Below, in pieces: positions 11,156 to 24,803 of a stretch of 64,000 nucleotides of DNA (positions are counted from its first letter, which is position 1; every line of letters begins with the position of its first letter). The notes under the pieces are model-generated. The model had not been told where the DNA came from and did not search any database. It saw only the letters and a list, made by a program, of their open reading frames with translations. Source of the stretch: Camelus dromedarius (Eukaryota); NCBI RefSeq assembly GCF_036321535.1, contig NC_087437.1, positions 94,428,001 to 94,492,000 on the forward strand, read 5' to 3'. A program made the translations under genes and the position numbers.

Positions 11156-14100
11156 GAGGTAGAAAAGATAATAGAAATACCAGGACCTAATAAATATACT
11201 TAAGCTAAAGTGGGTGTTAAGTCTCTTGATTGTCTATGATTTGGTCCATTAACTATGAAAAATTAAAAATGGTTAAAGGGATTTTTAATAGTTCTAATGT
11301 TTGTTCTTTGCCTTGACTAGAGTCAAGGAGATGAAATATAAGAGGAATTTTAAATACTGACATAACCAGCACAAAAGTCCAAAATTAAGCTTTAGAAATA
11401 GTATCAAATGTTAGTGACATGCTAAAAAACAAAAAGTGAAAAATGGATAACTAAAAGATGAACGTAGATCTAAGACTACTGTATTTTAAACCAAGATCCT
11501 CTATTAGTACAATTTATTAGAATAATATTGGCATCACTAGAGAGATCTTATAAAAACATTATGTTTTAATCTATAAAAGACAGTTAAGTGCTTTATTTCT
11601 ATACTTTAAGTGTTGGGGTAACCAAAATCATATTTCTCATATAATAATTTAATTCCTAACTGAATATAGTTTATAACACAAAAGGTTAAGCTTAATTTAT
11701 ATCACTAAAAATAAACCTCTTAAGAAACAATCTTAAAATTACTTTTTCAGTTTTAAATTTCATATGTCTGAGAAAAATTTTCTGTTGCTTCTGGTGTGTG
11801 ATAAAGAGGAAGTCATTGTTATTCATGTAATTTTGATATAGTATTATTGTCTTAACAGAGATGCCAAAGTATCAAAATATGTAAAACATTTAAAATCAAT
11901 ATGACTTAAATGTACACGTGATGTTCATAAGGTGTATGAAGCACAGTATGTCCAATTCTTTTAAGAGAGTTGGAAAGATATAGTTTTAGGCAGGGTGGAG
12001 TGGGGGGAGTGGGGCTAATTGCATTCACCGCAAATTTATCTTAAAGATCTGGTGAGTATTATCAATTGCATCTGATCTTCCCTCTTATTGCCTATAAAAT
12101 ATGGTCATTTTATTTTGTTATGCTAGGGTTCTTTTTTCTTATGGAAATGAATCAGATTGAAACGCAGTCTCAAGGGAACATCCGCTCACACTTCAGAACC
12201 ATCGTATAATTCAGCAGAAACGTGGCAGAGTTGATAGACTCTGCCTCAGGACAAAGAGTTAGCATGGAAAACAACTTCACGTTTGATCCCAAGGGAAAGA
12301 AGGGTGGCTTTAGGTCACAAAACAGGGCACTCCCATCACCCATTCCATCTGTTTAAATTCTTGTGCATTGCAGCATTGCCAGGGGAATGGTGGAGGCTGT
12401 GGTATTATTGGTGTAGAATGGGCTTTCCTATGAAAAGAAAAACTTACAAAGATATTTCATCAAAAATAACTATGGTTGGTTGTTAAAAGTATTAAACATT
12501 ACCCATTAAGTAGGCTGGGCAACATATCATTATCTTTAAAATGCGTTACATGTATGTCAAATGCAGTATTGTGAGCAGTAACTGGGATGATTATAAACAG
12601 AGCTGCTGGCCCTTGTGCTCCAGACTTGGGGCATAGGTGACCTCTCGACATGGCGTTGATGGTAATCCAGACCACTGAGTATGCTGCATATTGTTATTCA
12701 CATCTAGATGCTAGTTTTGCACTGCTGTTACTATCTAAGCTATCAAAACCCAGCTGCGACAAAGATAGTGTAGATGAAAAGATAAAAGCTGATGGGTAGA
12801 GAGAAAAAGAGACCACACAAACTGTAATGCTAAAAAAAAAAAAAAAAAAAATCAGCTGCTAATTAAATGTCTTCAATTTGTGAATAATGCTTCTTTCTGG
12901 AAGCTATAGGAGATTGTCTCTGACCAAATAGTCAGAACTTTCATTATGCAACAGGAGCTTTTTCTCAGGATGGTAATAATTAACTTGAATGACCAGCCAC
13001 TCAGGGATAAGAAAATGTTGGCTAAAAGCAACAATCGGCAATTGAATCATGTTATCTCCATTAATGCCTGTGGACCTCAAGAGGAAATCACTAGCAACAT
13101 TTATTTAGTACACTTTACACAAGGCATCATTGCTTTTAATCTATATTGAGGTCAAGTGGAAATGAAACGTTTAATAAAGTGATAGTTCAGAAACTTGGAA
13201 ATTGGGGGGAGATAGGGGAGAATGAATTGAATCCTTTGACAGCAAAATAAGATTTTTGAAAAGGCATGAGAGGTCAGTTTATTTGGTAGTTTTCCCTTAG
13301 ATAGCTGAGCGTCAGATATATCCTGACAGATAAGCCAAATCTTTCATGTATAACTTTTAACATTTTAAATTAGTTTTCCAAAAGATGTCACATTCTCTTG
13401 GTTCCTCAAAATACTTGGTGGTGTTATTTTTTTAAAAAATGTTTTCTATAGTCTACTATTTAATGAGTAACAATAAAAATGTCTTCTATCTTGCCTGGTG
13501 ATCTAAACTGATCTTGAAACAAAACTTCTGCGAAGATTATAAACTTGAAGGTGTTTTGATTAAATGGCTGTAGAAGAATTTGTAGGTGTTTTGATTACTG
13601 GCCCAGTTTATTTCCAATGCAATCTTAAGCTAGCCTTACTTTGCTTAACTTTTGGAGGGGAGTGGCTTTATTTTCCTAATTTTTAGCAACTGGAGTTCTG
13701 TGAAAGTTTCTACCTCTCAACCTTCCGATACGCATGGAAAATATTGATGGTTAATCATGTTATTCTTCCTTGGGACTCTGATCTCGCCTTCAGATCCTCC
13801 ATAGAGGATTCCAGGTTGACACTACTCATCAGAGTCAGCACTCAAGATGATCCATACTTGTCATCATGCATCTAGACTAGGTAGGGGGTGAAAAACAAGC
13901 GTTAAACATGGGGCATAGTGATGAAGATACTGTATCGTTTAATATTTCCAGAGATACATTTAGTAAAATTTGAAAGTGGGCCTAGGGAAAGTAAGCATAG
14001 ACCTATGCTAACTGAATGGAGTTAAGTTTGGTGACAAGAAAGTGTCAGCCTAGAACTTTTGGTGCTTTCTTATTTCTGAAATCAGTATTTGAACTGCTGA

Positions 14101-14310
14101 TTCAATTAAATATTCAGGAGGGATTTATCATTATGTTGTATATTATATACTTTTCAGTTTTTATGTCATTAAGAGTAGTCTGATAGCTGTCTTCAAAGTT
14201 TGGATTAAATAACCCACTGGAGTTGCTTCCCTATTTAAAAAGCAAAGCTTATGTATTAAATAAGAGAAATCCTCTCCACAATTGTTGCATCTTGAAGCAA
14301 TGATTTAGCT

Positions 14311-15252
14311 CAGAAGTTCTTAACTTGGAGTCTACAATCATGCTTAGAATTCAGGAGAATCCTTTAACAGGGAAAAAATGTTTCACTTTTATTTCTACTA
14401 AGTTCTAATTAAATTAAACATTTCCTTAATTGTTTATGTGAGCAATTAACCAGAGTATTGTATGGCAGTATCTATGGCTTTAGCCTCAATAGAAATCTCA
14501 GAATTTCCAAAGAACACTCTAGATGTTCAAAAATCTTGAATATACTTTATGCTTATCACTGATCTGAAATCACTGTGGTTACTAGACACTGCATGATCTT
14601 ATTACTTAATGCATTAATAAAGAATCACATTTGTCCACTTATTTATGGCTGTCTAGTAAATCACCCAAGAACTTAGTATCTTAAGCAATGGTTTGTTTCA
14701 TTGATCTTACTGGACTGGTAGTTCTGGTGGGGGGGGGGGTGTCCCTCATGAGTCCCATTCAGATGTCAGCTGGGACTGGAGCTATCTGAAAGCTCATCTG
14801 GGGTGGGTGTTCCGGATGACTCACTGACCAGACTGACAGTTGATGCTGGTAGTAGGCTGGTAGGTTAGCTGTGATTGACAGAGCACCTACACATGGTTTC
14901 TCTCTGCCCTATAGTGGCTAAGTTCCAAGAGGGCATGTTCCAAAACATTCCTTGGTCCAGGAGACCAAGGCAGAAGCTGCAAATCTTCTTCTGACCTAAC
15001 TTTGTTAATTCCACTAGCCTGGATTCAACATGAGAGGCATCTATAGAATGGCATGAATACTCTGAAGCATGATAGCTGTTACAGATTATAATAGTATAAC
15101 TCAAAATACATTTTGAAAACTATATTTATGTAGCTTTCTTTGCAATGCTATTTTTAATGTTACACATTTATTACCTTTATTCTGAGAAGGGTGTCTAGTC
15201 TCCTAGCTGCTAAAGGGGTCTGTGCTATCCCTCAAATATTAGAAAGTCCCCA
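14311..15252. mobile_element. MER113-like hAT-Charlie element, split by an MLT1 LTR
   Basis: cagaagttcttaacttggagtc...ttatttctactaagttctaattaaattaaacatttcc...ttaatgcattaataaagaatcaca; resumes after the insert with ttattctgagaagggtgtc...aaaggggtctgtg. Confidence 0.75.
14632..15083 (-). mobile_element. MaLR solo LTR (MLT1H-like) nested in MER113
   Basis: aaatcacccaagaacttagt, cagctgggactggagctatctgaaagctc, agcacctacacatgg, ccaaggcagaagctgca. Confidence 0.8.
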
Positions 15253-17139
15253 TTTGACAGAGATACCTTTTGATAGCACAGTGTTGATTTTTTTTCCTGA
15301 GATAAACAGAAAAGCTCATATCAAAATCATTTTAGTAGTTTTGAGTAGGCCAGGCAATATGTTGTGTTACATTTATTGAGCATTAATTTGTGTAAAGCTT
15401 TTGGCAAACATTGATTATTATGCTGAGTCAGTTCCCCTTTTGAAAGAACCACACAATAAATGTTTAGCATTAGAATTAAAACTTTTTGTCTCTCCACATG
15501 AGTTCACATGCTTTTTATAATGTGATAGGAAAGCTACTTCACCTCAAAACTTCATATTCCCTTCATTACTTTGATTGACAGGAAGCTCAGAAGCATGGAC
15601 TAATGCTTCTATTTTAGCATTATATGAAGACCATGAGATTTACATATTTTGTAGAAAGTTGACTCCTTTGGAGAAGTTCTCTTTTTTAAAGATTGCATGA
15701 ACACATAAATTCAGTCTTTCGTGTTGATATCTATTGCATAACTAAATATTTCTGAAAAATGTATCCAATTCAAAATTTAATTCTTGTAGTCTGTTATGTC
15801 CATGGAACATGATTTAACTTTACTTTGCTCAAAATAAATTTCATAGCAAATAAACAATTTATGAAAATAGACCTAAATTACTGTTATTGAAATAGTGGAC
15901 TGCTTAAGCATAATTGTGCATGTATACTCATTTTCATGAGGAGGAATTAGAATTTTTCTTCCTATGTTTAATCATCTCACGCCAACTGATTCATTTTTAG
16001 ACCAGTTTCTTAGAACTCTACTTAAGTTCTTAAAGAAGCCCATAAATCACCCCTTTTTGACTTTTCTTGCCAAAAACCATTGTGGACCTGCCACTGAGTA
16101 TAAATAATGTCTTTATTTTCCACACACATTCAGCAAGACACTCTTATTTATGCTTGCTGCAGTGGCTATCAATATTCTTTCCTTTACAGATACCTTCTGC
16201 TTCAGCACTTCTTTTAGTTCAACAAATGACCAATACAAAATGAATGGAGTTCCAGCTTATGGAGCCTTTTAGTCAAAATTAATTTTATAGAAATGTTAAC
16301 TGCAGCTTGGAGTTTTAAGCCATAAATATAAGCATTTCATTAGCTTCCTTCTGAAATGCAACATTATTATTTATTTAAGAGAAATGTTGCCATGTTCCTT
16401 CTGCTGTTTAATGAAAAGATCTCTGCATTTTACTTTTAACCTTTTTCAATTAATAAGAAGTATTTAATGGCTGTGCTTACCTTGTGTTGGTGGCTGCAGG
16501 TTATTTAGCATCCTTAGCATGCTCAAGTTATTTTTCCCTTTATCCTTTAGACACACTGTGGAGGAGATAATTACACAATGGCTTATCACTGTGACCAGTA
16601 GGTAATTATAACATTACAATAGTATAATGAATGGCAAGAAAAATCAAAGAATGAGTATACATCCTATTATAGCTTGTTAGAACATTCTTCCCTGCACATA
16701 GTTTATGCTTGTTTATTCCCTGTCACAATTTAACACCCCCAATGTCAAACTAAACGCAGCAAATTATTTCTCATCCTTCTTTGAAAATTTTCCATTGATA
16801 GATTTAGTTTATTCCAGGTCACAGAAAGAAAGAAAAATTCCTCTGTTTCTTTGATGATTCTTTTGTTTAGAGTTGTTTAAAATATCATAAAGCTGGATAC
16901 ATTTTAGAAGAGATATATAGTGTGGGAAAATACTCTATTTCAATGCTTAAATTGTTTAAGTATTGGTAGAAATTCGGAATATATCTGTACTTAATAGTAA
17001 TTATATCATTGCCTTGAAGCAAGTTTGTTGTCATGGGTAATGAAAATTAAATATATTAAAGATGAAGGCAGTTTCTGAATCTTAGAATTTCTTTTTATAT
17101 AATACTCTGAAATTAGTATTAAAACAATGCTATTATCAG

Positions 17140-17490
17140 ACCCTTGTAAGCAGCTCAAGTTCTTCATCTTCCTTAGGTCTCCCTGCCTATCTCCCAATCC
17201 CTGGAACTCCTTGACATTTCTACTTCTGCTCCCTAATTCTTCTCCTTGTTATGTCTCTTTATGATGTTCTACTTTATGCTTTCAAGGATAGTGCTCCTTT
17301 AAGAATTGGTGGAACTGCCCCAAAGTCAAAAGGAATCGAGACATAGCTCTGTTCGTTCATTTCCCTCCCACTTAACCCACAAAACAAACATACTGACCAC
17401 ACAAAGTTTCATGGCTACACTCACACACAAACACACCCTCTAGTGTAATTATTTGTGGCTATTCTTTCTCTAAACTTCTGCTATAGAGTA
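17140..17490 (+). mobile_element. Probable L2 fragment
   Basis: Pyrimidine-rich L2-like tract (cagctcaagttcttcatcttccttaggtctccctg); highly diverged. Confidence 0.4.
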
Positions 17491-19239
17491 CCACTAGCGT
17501 TAAAAAAAGAACACGTGCTTCTAATATATGTGCATTATAAAACATGCACAAAGTAGAAGTTGGAAGAAAATTTCATAGTACAATAATACCTTTGCAAGTG
17601 ATACACTCATTGATACACTAAAAAGTTGAATAAAATATTTGTGAGGTAAATAATATTTTCTCAAATTATTTTATAGTTGTCTTTTTGAATGTGTGCATTT
17701 TCAATTCAAGCAATGATAGTTGGAAGTAAAACAGTCAAATGTGCATGCCTGGTCAGTGTTTATTTTCTGCAGTATGTTTTCCTAGCTTATCAAGATTGTT
17801 CTGGGCCCACAAATGGTTTGAAAGATTTTTAACTTAAAAATGCATTTGTTTGGCTTTTGATCCTTCTCAGTGCCTTACCAATATAAGTAAATTCACAGAT
17901 GTTGTCTATAAAATTGCTAAGAGAGCAAGAGCAAAACAGGTAAATTATTTCATCTACTCTAGGTCTAAATCCTGCAGATAACAGGTTTTATTCAGAAGAT
18001 TTCAACAAAATAACAAACATTTAAGCTAGAAGAAAATGCATACTTTCTAGAGGAAAATCTTTACGAGGACCCTAACACTATTCCTTTGAAGATAAGCAGG
18101 AATCAAAATCTATAGCTTACTTTCCTTCAGGCTTTTTGATTGATATTAGTTGTCACTGTTTTCATAAACAGTTCTCTGTGTGATGAATTGATTAACTGTT
18201 AAGAAGAATCCAGCTCAAGACTTTTATGATTGGGTCTCCACGCATCTTTGTCCAAAATTATGAGCTGTATATTTTGCTGGTAGTATTTACATACTATTTT
18301 ATTACTTGCAATTAGAGTTTTTGTCCCACATCTTGTTCTTCTTCCTCCCTAACCAAATTGTCATTGACTCTCCTTTAAATTTCCGTGAGACTTCAGGCAT
18401 CTCTTAATAACCTTGTCGATTTTAGACCTGAATACTCTTATATTTGTGAGCTGTGCTATTAAATTACTTGTGGTTTATGGGTTTTACCTGCTGTCTTCCA
18501 GTTCTTGTGCAGCTGGTGTTATTGGCTGAGGACCAGCCTGGTGAGTATCAGGTCAACTAAATTCATAGTTGCTGCATCGTCATGTTTGCCATTGACAGAT
18601 TGACTCTTCTTATTTTCTGTGCCACAACTAAAACGTGATCCAAAATCTGGCTTCAGTTATGGCCAGGAAGTTTAGGAAATTCTTATGGTATTGTTTTGTT
18701 TATACAACAAATTAACAAGAAATATATTTAGTTACAAAGGCACCATTAATAAAAATGTGAGTATAACATACCAATGCTTAACTGTACTAAGACCAAGTCA
18801 AAAAATATATATTTAGGAATTATAGAAATTACTGTTTATCACATCTATATCGCATGCCCAAAATGTTCCTGAATATATTATGTAATATTCCATAATGCAC
18901 CTATAATTCATATAATCATGTAAACTGTCTTGATATTACATATATAATCCAGGGTATTGCCCTTAAAAAGATCAGTGTGATTATTCCTAATAATGTAATA
19001 TAAGCAATATAAGAATAAGGCCATATCTATCTTGGCATTAATAACAAATCATATATAATAATAATTTAATGATGATAAAAATTTCCAGATTCTTGAAGTT
19101 GATCACTTCAGAAAACTGGTTATTTTTATTGACCCTTTCCTATACTGTTGATGGCCTTCTACCTCAATAACTTTTTCTGGAGGGGAATTTGGCTCAATGT
19201 ATCTTGAGCTTTATGTTTGTATCATTTGGGAAAAAAAAA

Positions 19240-19720
19240 TCATTGTTTCACTTCAAAGGGAAAACAGTAGATTCACACAGAGATTGTATAAATGTTTATT
19301 TTCATGTTATTTTCATTACTAAGAATTGGGAAAAGACCAGTATCCAGTGGAAGAGTAGCTACATATAGTTATTGCACTGCAACACACTGTTGTAGAGCCA
19401 TCTAAAAAGAATGTAAGCTGAGAAATTTTTAAGTTGTGGGATATTTCCAACATGGAGTGGTGGGTGAAAATGAAAGCACGGCATGATACATGAAACATAG
19501 CATAGGTAGATAGATATATGCCTACTATAAATTAATTTCGACACTGTATATGAGTGTGTGTCTGTTAGTAGCATTGGCAGGAGCGGTAGTACCAAGAGAT
19601 GGAAATAAGCTGTCCATAACATTATCAATATTGTAATGGTTATCAGTGCATACTTGGAAGTCAGGTGACTTTGCATTTTTCTTTTTTATACTTACCTGTT
19701 TTTAAATTTTTCTCTAGCAC
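19240..19720 (+). mobile_element. Old L1 (L1ME-like) 3' region
   Basis: ttgtataaatgtttatt...aattggg...gccatctaaaaagaatg...aatggttatc matches L1M 3' UTR architecture. Confidence 0.6.
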
Positions 19721-19899
19721 TATAATTATTTTTTTCTCATCAAAGTACAAACAAGAGATATTTAAATGCAATCAAAGGAAGTGATTTATCTGATAAAATA
19801 CCTATATATAATCTCTATGTATAATACTGATGATGCTTCACTTAATACATTCAGTGGAGTTTTTATAAATTCCTAAACTTTTTCTTATATATCAGTTCC

Positions 19900-20075
19900 T
19901 TTGTTTTTTCATAATAACAGCTCTGTGAACAGTACAGGTCAGTTATTATCCATTTTAGGCATAAGGAAACTGAGACACAGAGAAGTTCAATGACTTCCAT
20001 AGCAGAACTATAAATGAATGCATCTAAGAGGTCAAGATGAGTGCAAGATATATTATGCCCCCTCACTAAACACTA
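19900..20075 (-). mobile_element. MIR SINE
   Basis: ttattatccattttaggcataaggaaactgagacacagagaagttcaatgactt is the antisense MIR core. Confidence 0.85.
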
Positions 20076-20184
20076 GTAAATTGTAAACATTCTTCATTTT
20101 TATATAAAGTAAATGAAATAATCTTATTTTTGTGGTTTTTATGAATGCATTATTAAATTGTGTGATAATATAGAACTGGCCTCA

Positions 20185-20330
20185 ACATTTACTCATTTTA
20201 GTCACTCATTAATTCAGTGAATCTTACTTACAACAGGTGACCAGGTACTATATTCAGGGCTAATGATTCAAAGATCCCTTTTACACTTGGCCAGATTTCA
20301 CCAAGTTCAGAGTCTAGAAGAGAAAAAAAA
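20185..20330 (-). mobile_element. L2 3' end
   Basis: tcactcattaattcag...ccaggtactatattcagggct...agttcagagtctag. Confidence 0.6.
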
Positions 20331-20349
20331 ATGGATTTGTTATAGAGAT

Positions 20350-21300
20350 GATATTTTCACTAAGTTTAGAAGATTGATTCAAATAATCAAACACCTAAAT
20401 ACAGAGGAGTAAGTCCATTTGCTCCCACATCAAATAGCCACTCTCTTCTATATGCCTAGGAACATTCCATCCAAAATTACATGCTAGTGTTTTCTAGCTT
20501 TTAATTCTGTGCTCCTTTAACACTCAACCATTAGCTATCACTATGATAAGTATTTCACACAGACAATATTTTTCTAGTTTTATTTACATATTTACTAATT
20601 CTCTTGCACGTTATTATTCTGTCTAAAACCTTCCTTCAGGTTATATTTTCTCATTTCACATTGTATCTTTAAAGGTTCCTTTATGTTGTCTTGGGGTGAG
20701 CAGTGCTTCCACTTTTTATTTTGGCTTCATTCCTGAAAGACTGTTTCACTTGAAGTACAGTTTGGTGATTTTGTTGGACTGTTTTCTGGCTTCTATTTCG
20801 GTGCTGAGCAGTTGGCTGTCATTTGTGTGTAAGGTGTCCTTAATGTCTGCTGTAAGATTGTGTGTTCTACAGATCATGACTAGATACATAGATAGAGAGC
20901 GTGCTTGTGGTTTCATGCTTGTTGTCAGTTTTGAAATATTCTAAAGCTGTTATGTCTCTAGGCTGCCTATTAAGTCTTTGCCAGGAATTCCTCAAGCTAT
21001 CTTCCGTATCCCTTTTCTTTTTTTATTCTTTCATCTCCCTGCCTCTCCACTATTCTGTGAGTAATTCTCTTAGATCATTCTTTGGTTCATAAATTCTGAT
21101 TTCAGCTCGAAGTTTGTATTTAAAACATCTATTTTTTATTTCTAATACTGTATTTTTATATTTTTACAAATGTGTATCCTTTTGCAATATGTCTGTTGAC
21201 CCCTGTCCCCAGGTGTGCTTATCACTTTCTGTTTCTTTGCATGTGTTTTCAATGAGAGCTCCAGTTTTAAGTCTTAGCTTTTTCCTTTCATCTCCCTGGC
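20350..21300 (-). mobile_element. Old L1M fragment (ORF1 / inter-ORF region)
   Basis: T-rich antisense L1 motifs (ttttctggcttctatttcggtgctgagcagttggctgtc; tttttatttctaatactgtattttt). Confidence 0.6.
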
Positions 21301-23309
21301 TTGCTAGACAATTACATTACTCCTATGGGTGAGCAAAGCCAGCAAAAGTGCTTTGCGCAGAATCTAGTTATTAAGGAATTGGAACATCTAGGAAAAATAG
21401 ATGTCTGGCCCATTGATAGTTTGCATTTCTTCAGATGTATTTATTATATTAATGTCATTTTAATGTTAGTATATAATGTAACGTTCTCCTAAAACATTAA
21501 TACTTGTCTAATTAAAATACTTCTAAAATTTATTCTCTTACATGTATTACCTCTCATGTACAAGTGAAGACAATTTGTCCACGAACTTGCTCAAATAATT
21601 TTGTTGCTGCTGATTCTGTGTGTTCTAAATTGCAATATATAGTTATTGCTTACATATTAGAGTATACTTATGTAAACTGCAAAAATTAGTCTTCAACAAT
21701 TTTACTTTTTTTCAGCTACAGTATAATGGGCTAGACCATTCTGGGGAAAAAAATTCGTATCTCTGAAAATAAAAGGGAGATTAGGTAAGTTGCATATTAA
21801 CATGACACAGTGGTTCTCATATATCAGTCCTAAATTAACTGTTGGTCTACACTGATGTACTGTACATTGTTTAGTCTAATTATATACATCAATTTTGTGG
21901 ATTATAGACTTCTTATCCTTTTACATTAAAAAAGATTGGGTGTGTGCTTCAATATAAAGGTTCATAACTTTCCCCTTACAGCTTTGAATGCTTTATGTAA
22001 ATTACTAGGGTATTGACTGGCCCAGCATTAAAAAAAAAAAGTATTTTCAAAATATAACATGACAAAAAGGAGATATGGTTTATAGCTTGATAAAAGAGTA
22101 AAAAAAATTGATTGCAGATGTCACTCTGCAAAGTAATATAACTGTACAAAATAGAAATTTTTGCTGAAAATACCATCTGTCCATTTCTCTTTATTAAAGC
22201 TTCTCTTTGGACCAAGAATTTGAATAACATAAGAAAGGCATTTGCTTTTCAGCTGTAATGTACGTAACATTCTATTATAGCTATGAATAAAATATCATAC
22301 TAAATCTTCCATTATTTTCATATTGATACAGTATAGGAAAAATCTCAAAGTGGCCCAATGAAACTCTTTAAATAATCTTTGAAAATAAAAGAATTAGGTA
22401 AAATTGTCATCTAGTTTTATCACAAAGAAAAGTTTAAAAGTTTCATTATTCAAAGATGTTCTTTACTGTTTCATTTCCATAAATTGGCATAAAACTCATT
22501 TATCAAAGAAATATTTTATTTCCAAGGTAACTCATGTAAGAGACCATATAGATTTTTAAAAATTAAAGTTTTCCAAGTAAATTATAATTATAAAGTAGTT
22601 TTTCTTAAATAATGTTCCATATTTTTACAGGAACATAAGCTTTTGTACAAAATATGGATAATTTATAAATTTCTCAACCTGAGAAATTAATAAAACTAAT
22701 CATTTTGGCATTATATTAAGGGATTCAATATTATTTCAAATGTTTTTCAAATACACATTGGACTAAATCTTGTATTTAAGAAGAGAAATAGATTATTCTT
22801 AAGTGATTTAAAGGGATTAATTACAATTAAGATTTTTGAAAAATGCATTCCGTTCTAAAATATGGAGATGATTTACAATACAAATCCAACTTTTAAGATG
22901 TTTTCAAGTTAGGTCACAGTACATAGGTTTTGGATCCTTTAGAATTTTATGCTAGTTCTTTATTTGTTTCTATCTTCTTTATTTTTTGATGCTGGATGAT
23001 AAGGTTCCTAAGGTTACATGCTTCTTAATTCATATGCAAAGGAGTAGTTTGTTATCTTGTTCCCAGAAAAAGTCCTGAGAGACACCCTTGTTGACCTGCC
23101 TTTGGCCACACACTCATTATTGGAAGAATCATTGCAATTAGAAGCCAAGAGTGGGCTGCTTTTCAAGAGTGGACTCACTGTCCCAGATCCACAGGGATTC
23201 CAAAATATATTCGAACTTTTGGTTAAACAAAATAGAGAATGGATACTGGGAAGTCACTAACAATTGGCAACTATGCCAGGGACAATAGACCATAAAATAT
23301 TAAGTGCTT

Positions 23310-23500
23310 GAGGTTAAAGCAGTAAAGATTGAAATCTGACTCTGCTGCTTCCTAGATGTGTGATCTTGGGTGACTTTTTTTTTTCAGTCTTTTTGTGCTT
23401 GGTTTCCTTATTTTTAAAATAGAGATAATGATGATAATGATAATAATAATAATAACAATAATACCTTTTTCTTAGGTTTGTGTGAAGGCTAATAGGATAA
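23310..23500 (+). mobile_element. MIR SINE with internal (ATA)n expansion
   Basis: gactctgctgcttcctagatgtgtgatcttgggtgact...gtttccttatttttaaaatagagataat. Confidence 0.85.
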
Positions 23501-23659
23501 TCAATACCCAAGACTGAAGGTGGAAGTGGAGGGAATGGGTTTTGGAAACGAGGGAGAGTAGCTGGGTATGCAGGGGCAATTGAGAGAAGCATTGGACTTC
23601 AATAGGTCAGAAAATATCCAGCATAAGCATTAAGCTGGAGAAAATAAGAGGCAATGAGA

Positions 23660-24055
23660 ATGCATAGAGAAAATGTAGTATTTACATACCATGGAATATT
23701 ATTCAACCCTAAACAAGAAGGAAATTCTGTGATACACAACGTGGATGAACCTTGAGAGATTGTGCTAAATGAAATAAGCCAGTCACAGAAAGACAAAAAC
23801 TGCATGATTCCACTTATATTGAGTATCTAAAATAGTCAAATTCATAGAGTGATCATTGCTGAGGGAAGAAGGAAATGAGGAACTACCAATCAATGGGCCT
23901 GAAGTTTTAGTTAAGCAAGATAAATAGCTCTAGAGATCTACTATACAACATTTTACCTGTAGTCAACAATACTGTGTTTATACTTAAAAATTGCTAAGAG
24001 GGTAGATCTCATGTTGTATTCTTTCCGCAATAAAACAAAAATTTTTTAAAAAGTA
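23660..24055 (+). mobile_element. L1 3' end (L1MA10/L1MB-like)
   Basis: ggatgaaccttgag...gctaaatgaaataagccagtcacagaaagacaaa...aagagggtagatctcatgtt...caataaaa. Confidence 0.9.
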
Positions 24056-24549
24056 AAAGAAGCGATGAAGTATAAATTGTCAGAATTAAATTACATAAAA
24101 ATGGGTTAACCTGGGCCTTTATAAATCCCTTGACCACATCATGTGTTAGCATCTTTATCTCCTGTCCATTTGAGCAAACCATACTTATTTCTTCCACCCA
24201 GATATTGTCATTACTTAAAATTTTACCAGCTCGGAGAGCTTATCCTCCAAGATTATATTGTCCGACCATTCCAGCTGCAGCTTGTGCTGAAAATACACAT
24301 TTTCTTAGAATTATTCACATCCTTTTGACTTGGGTCCTTTTTTAAACCAAATGAAGGCATGCTTTTTACGTAGCTAATTTCAATCCTAATGACATCTACC
24401 AACATAACCCAGTTCTACCCCTTACCACATGATAGAGGTTGTGTGGTCTGACAAAGAGAGGCTGTAACCAAGAGGCAGGAGTCTAGATATCTAGATATAT
24501 AAACTTTCAGGAGTTAGAAGTCTAGATATCTGCTTTGTAAACTCTAGAA

Positions 24550-24803
24550 AAGCTCTGCCTAACTGATATATAAAGTAAGCCATACAAGTAATTAAAATTT
24601 CTCTAGCGGTCACATTAAAGAAATCCCCACACGTTAGGTGAACTTAATTTTAGTAGTATATTTAACATAATATATCCAACTTATTACAGGTCTTCAAAAT
24701 ATGTTGTATTTTTAACCCTTGCAGTGCATCTCAATTCTAACTACACTCTTCTAGTGCTAAGGTGGCCATGTGTGGCTGGGAGCTACCATATTGGGCAGAG
24801 TAT
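24550..24803. mobile_element. MER33-like hAT-Charlie MITE with 8-bp TSD
   Basis: aagtaattaaaatttctctagcggtcacatt...catctcaattc...ggccatgtgtggctgggagctaccatattgggcag; TSD ctctagaa (24542-24549) / ctctaaaa (24804-24811). Confidence 0.85.

Noticed and set aside
12224..12245. Hairpin GGCAGAGT-tgatag-ACTCTGCC
   Set aside because: 8-bp stems are expected several times by chance in 64 kb; no ncRNA context
12258..12272. RFX X-box-like GTTAGCATGGAAAAC
   Set aside because: Imperfect match and spacing; unsupported without conservation data
16670..16800. Possible CR1/L3 fragment
   Set aside because: Similarity too weak to call by eye
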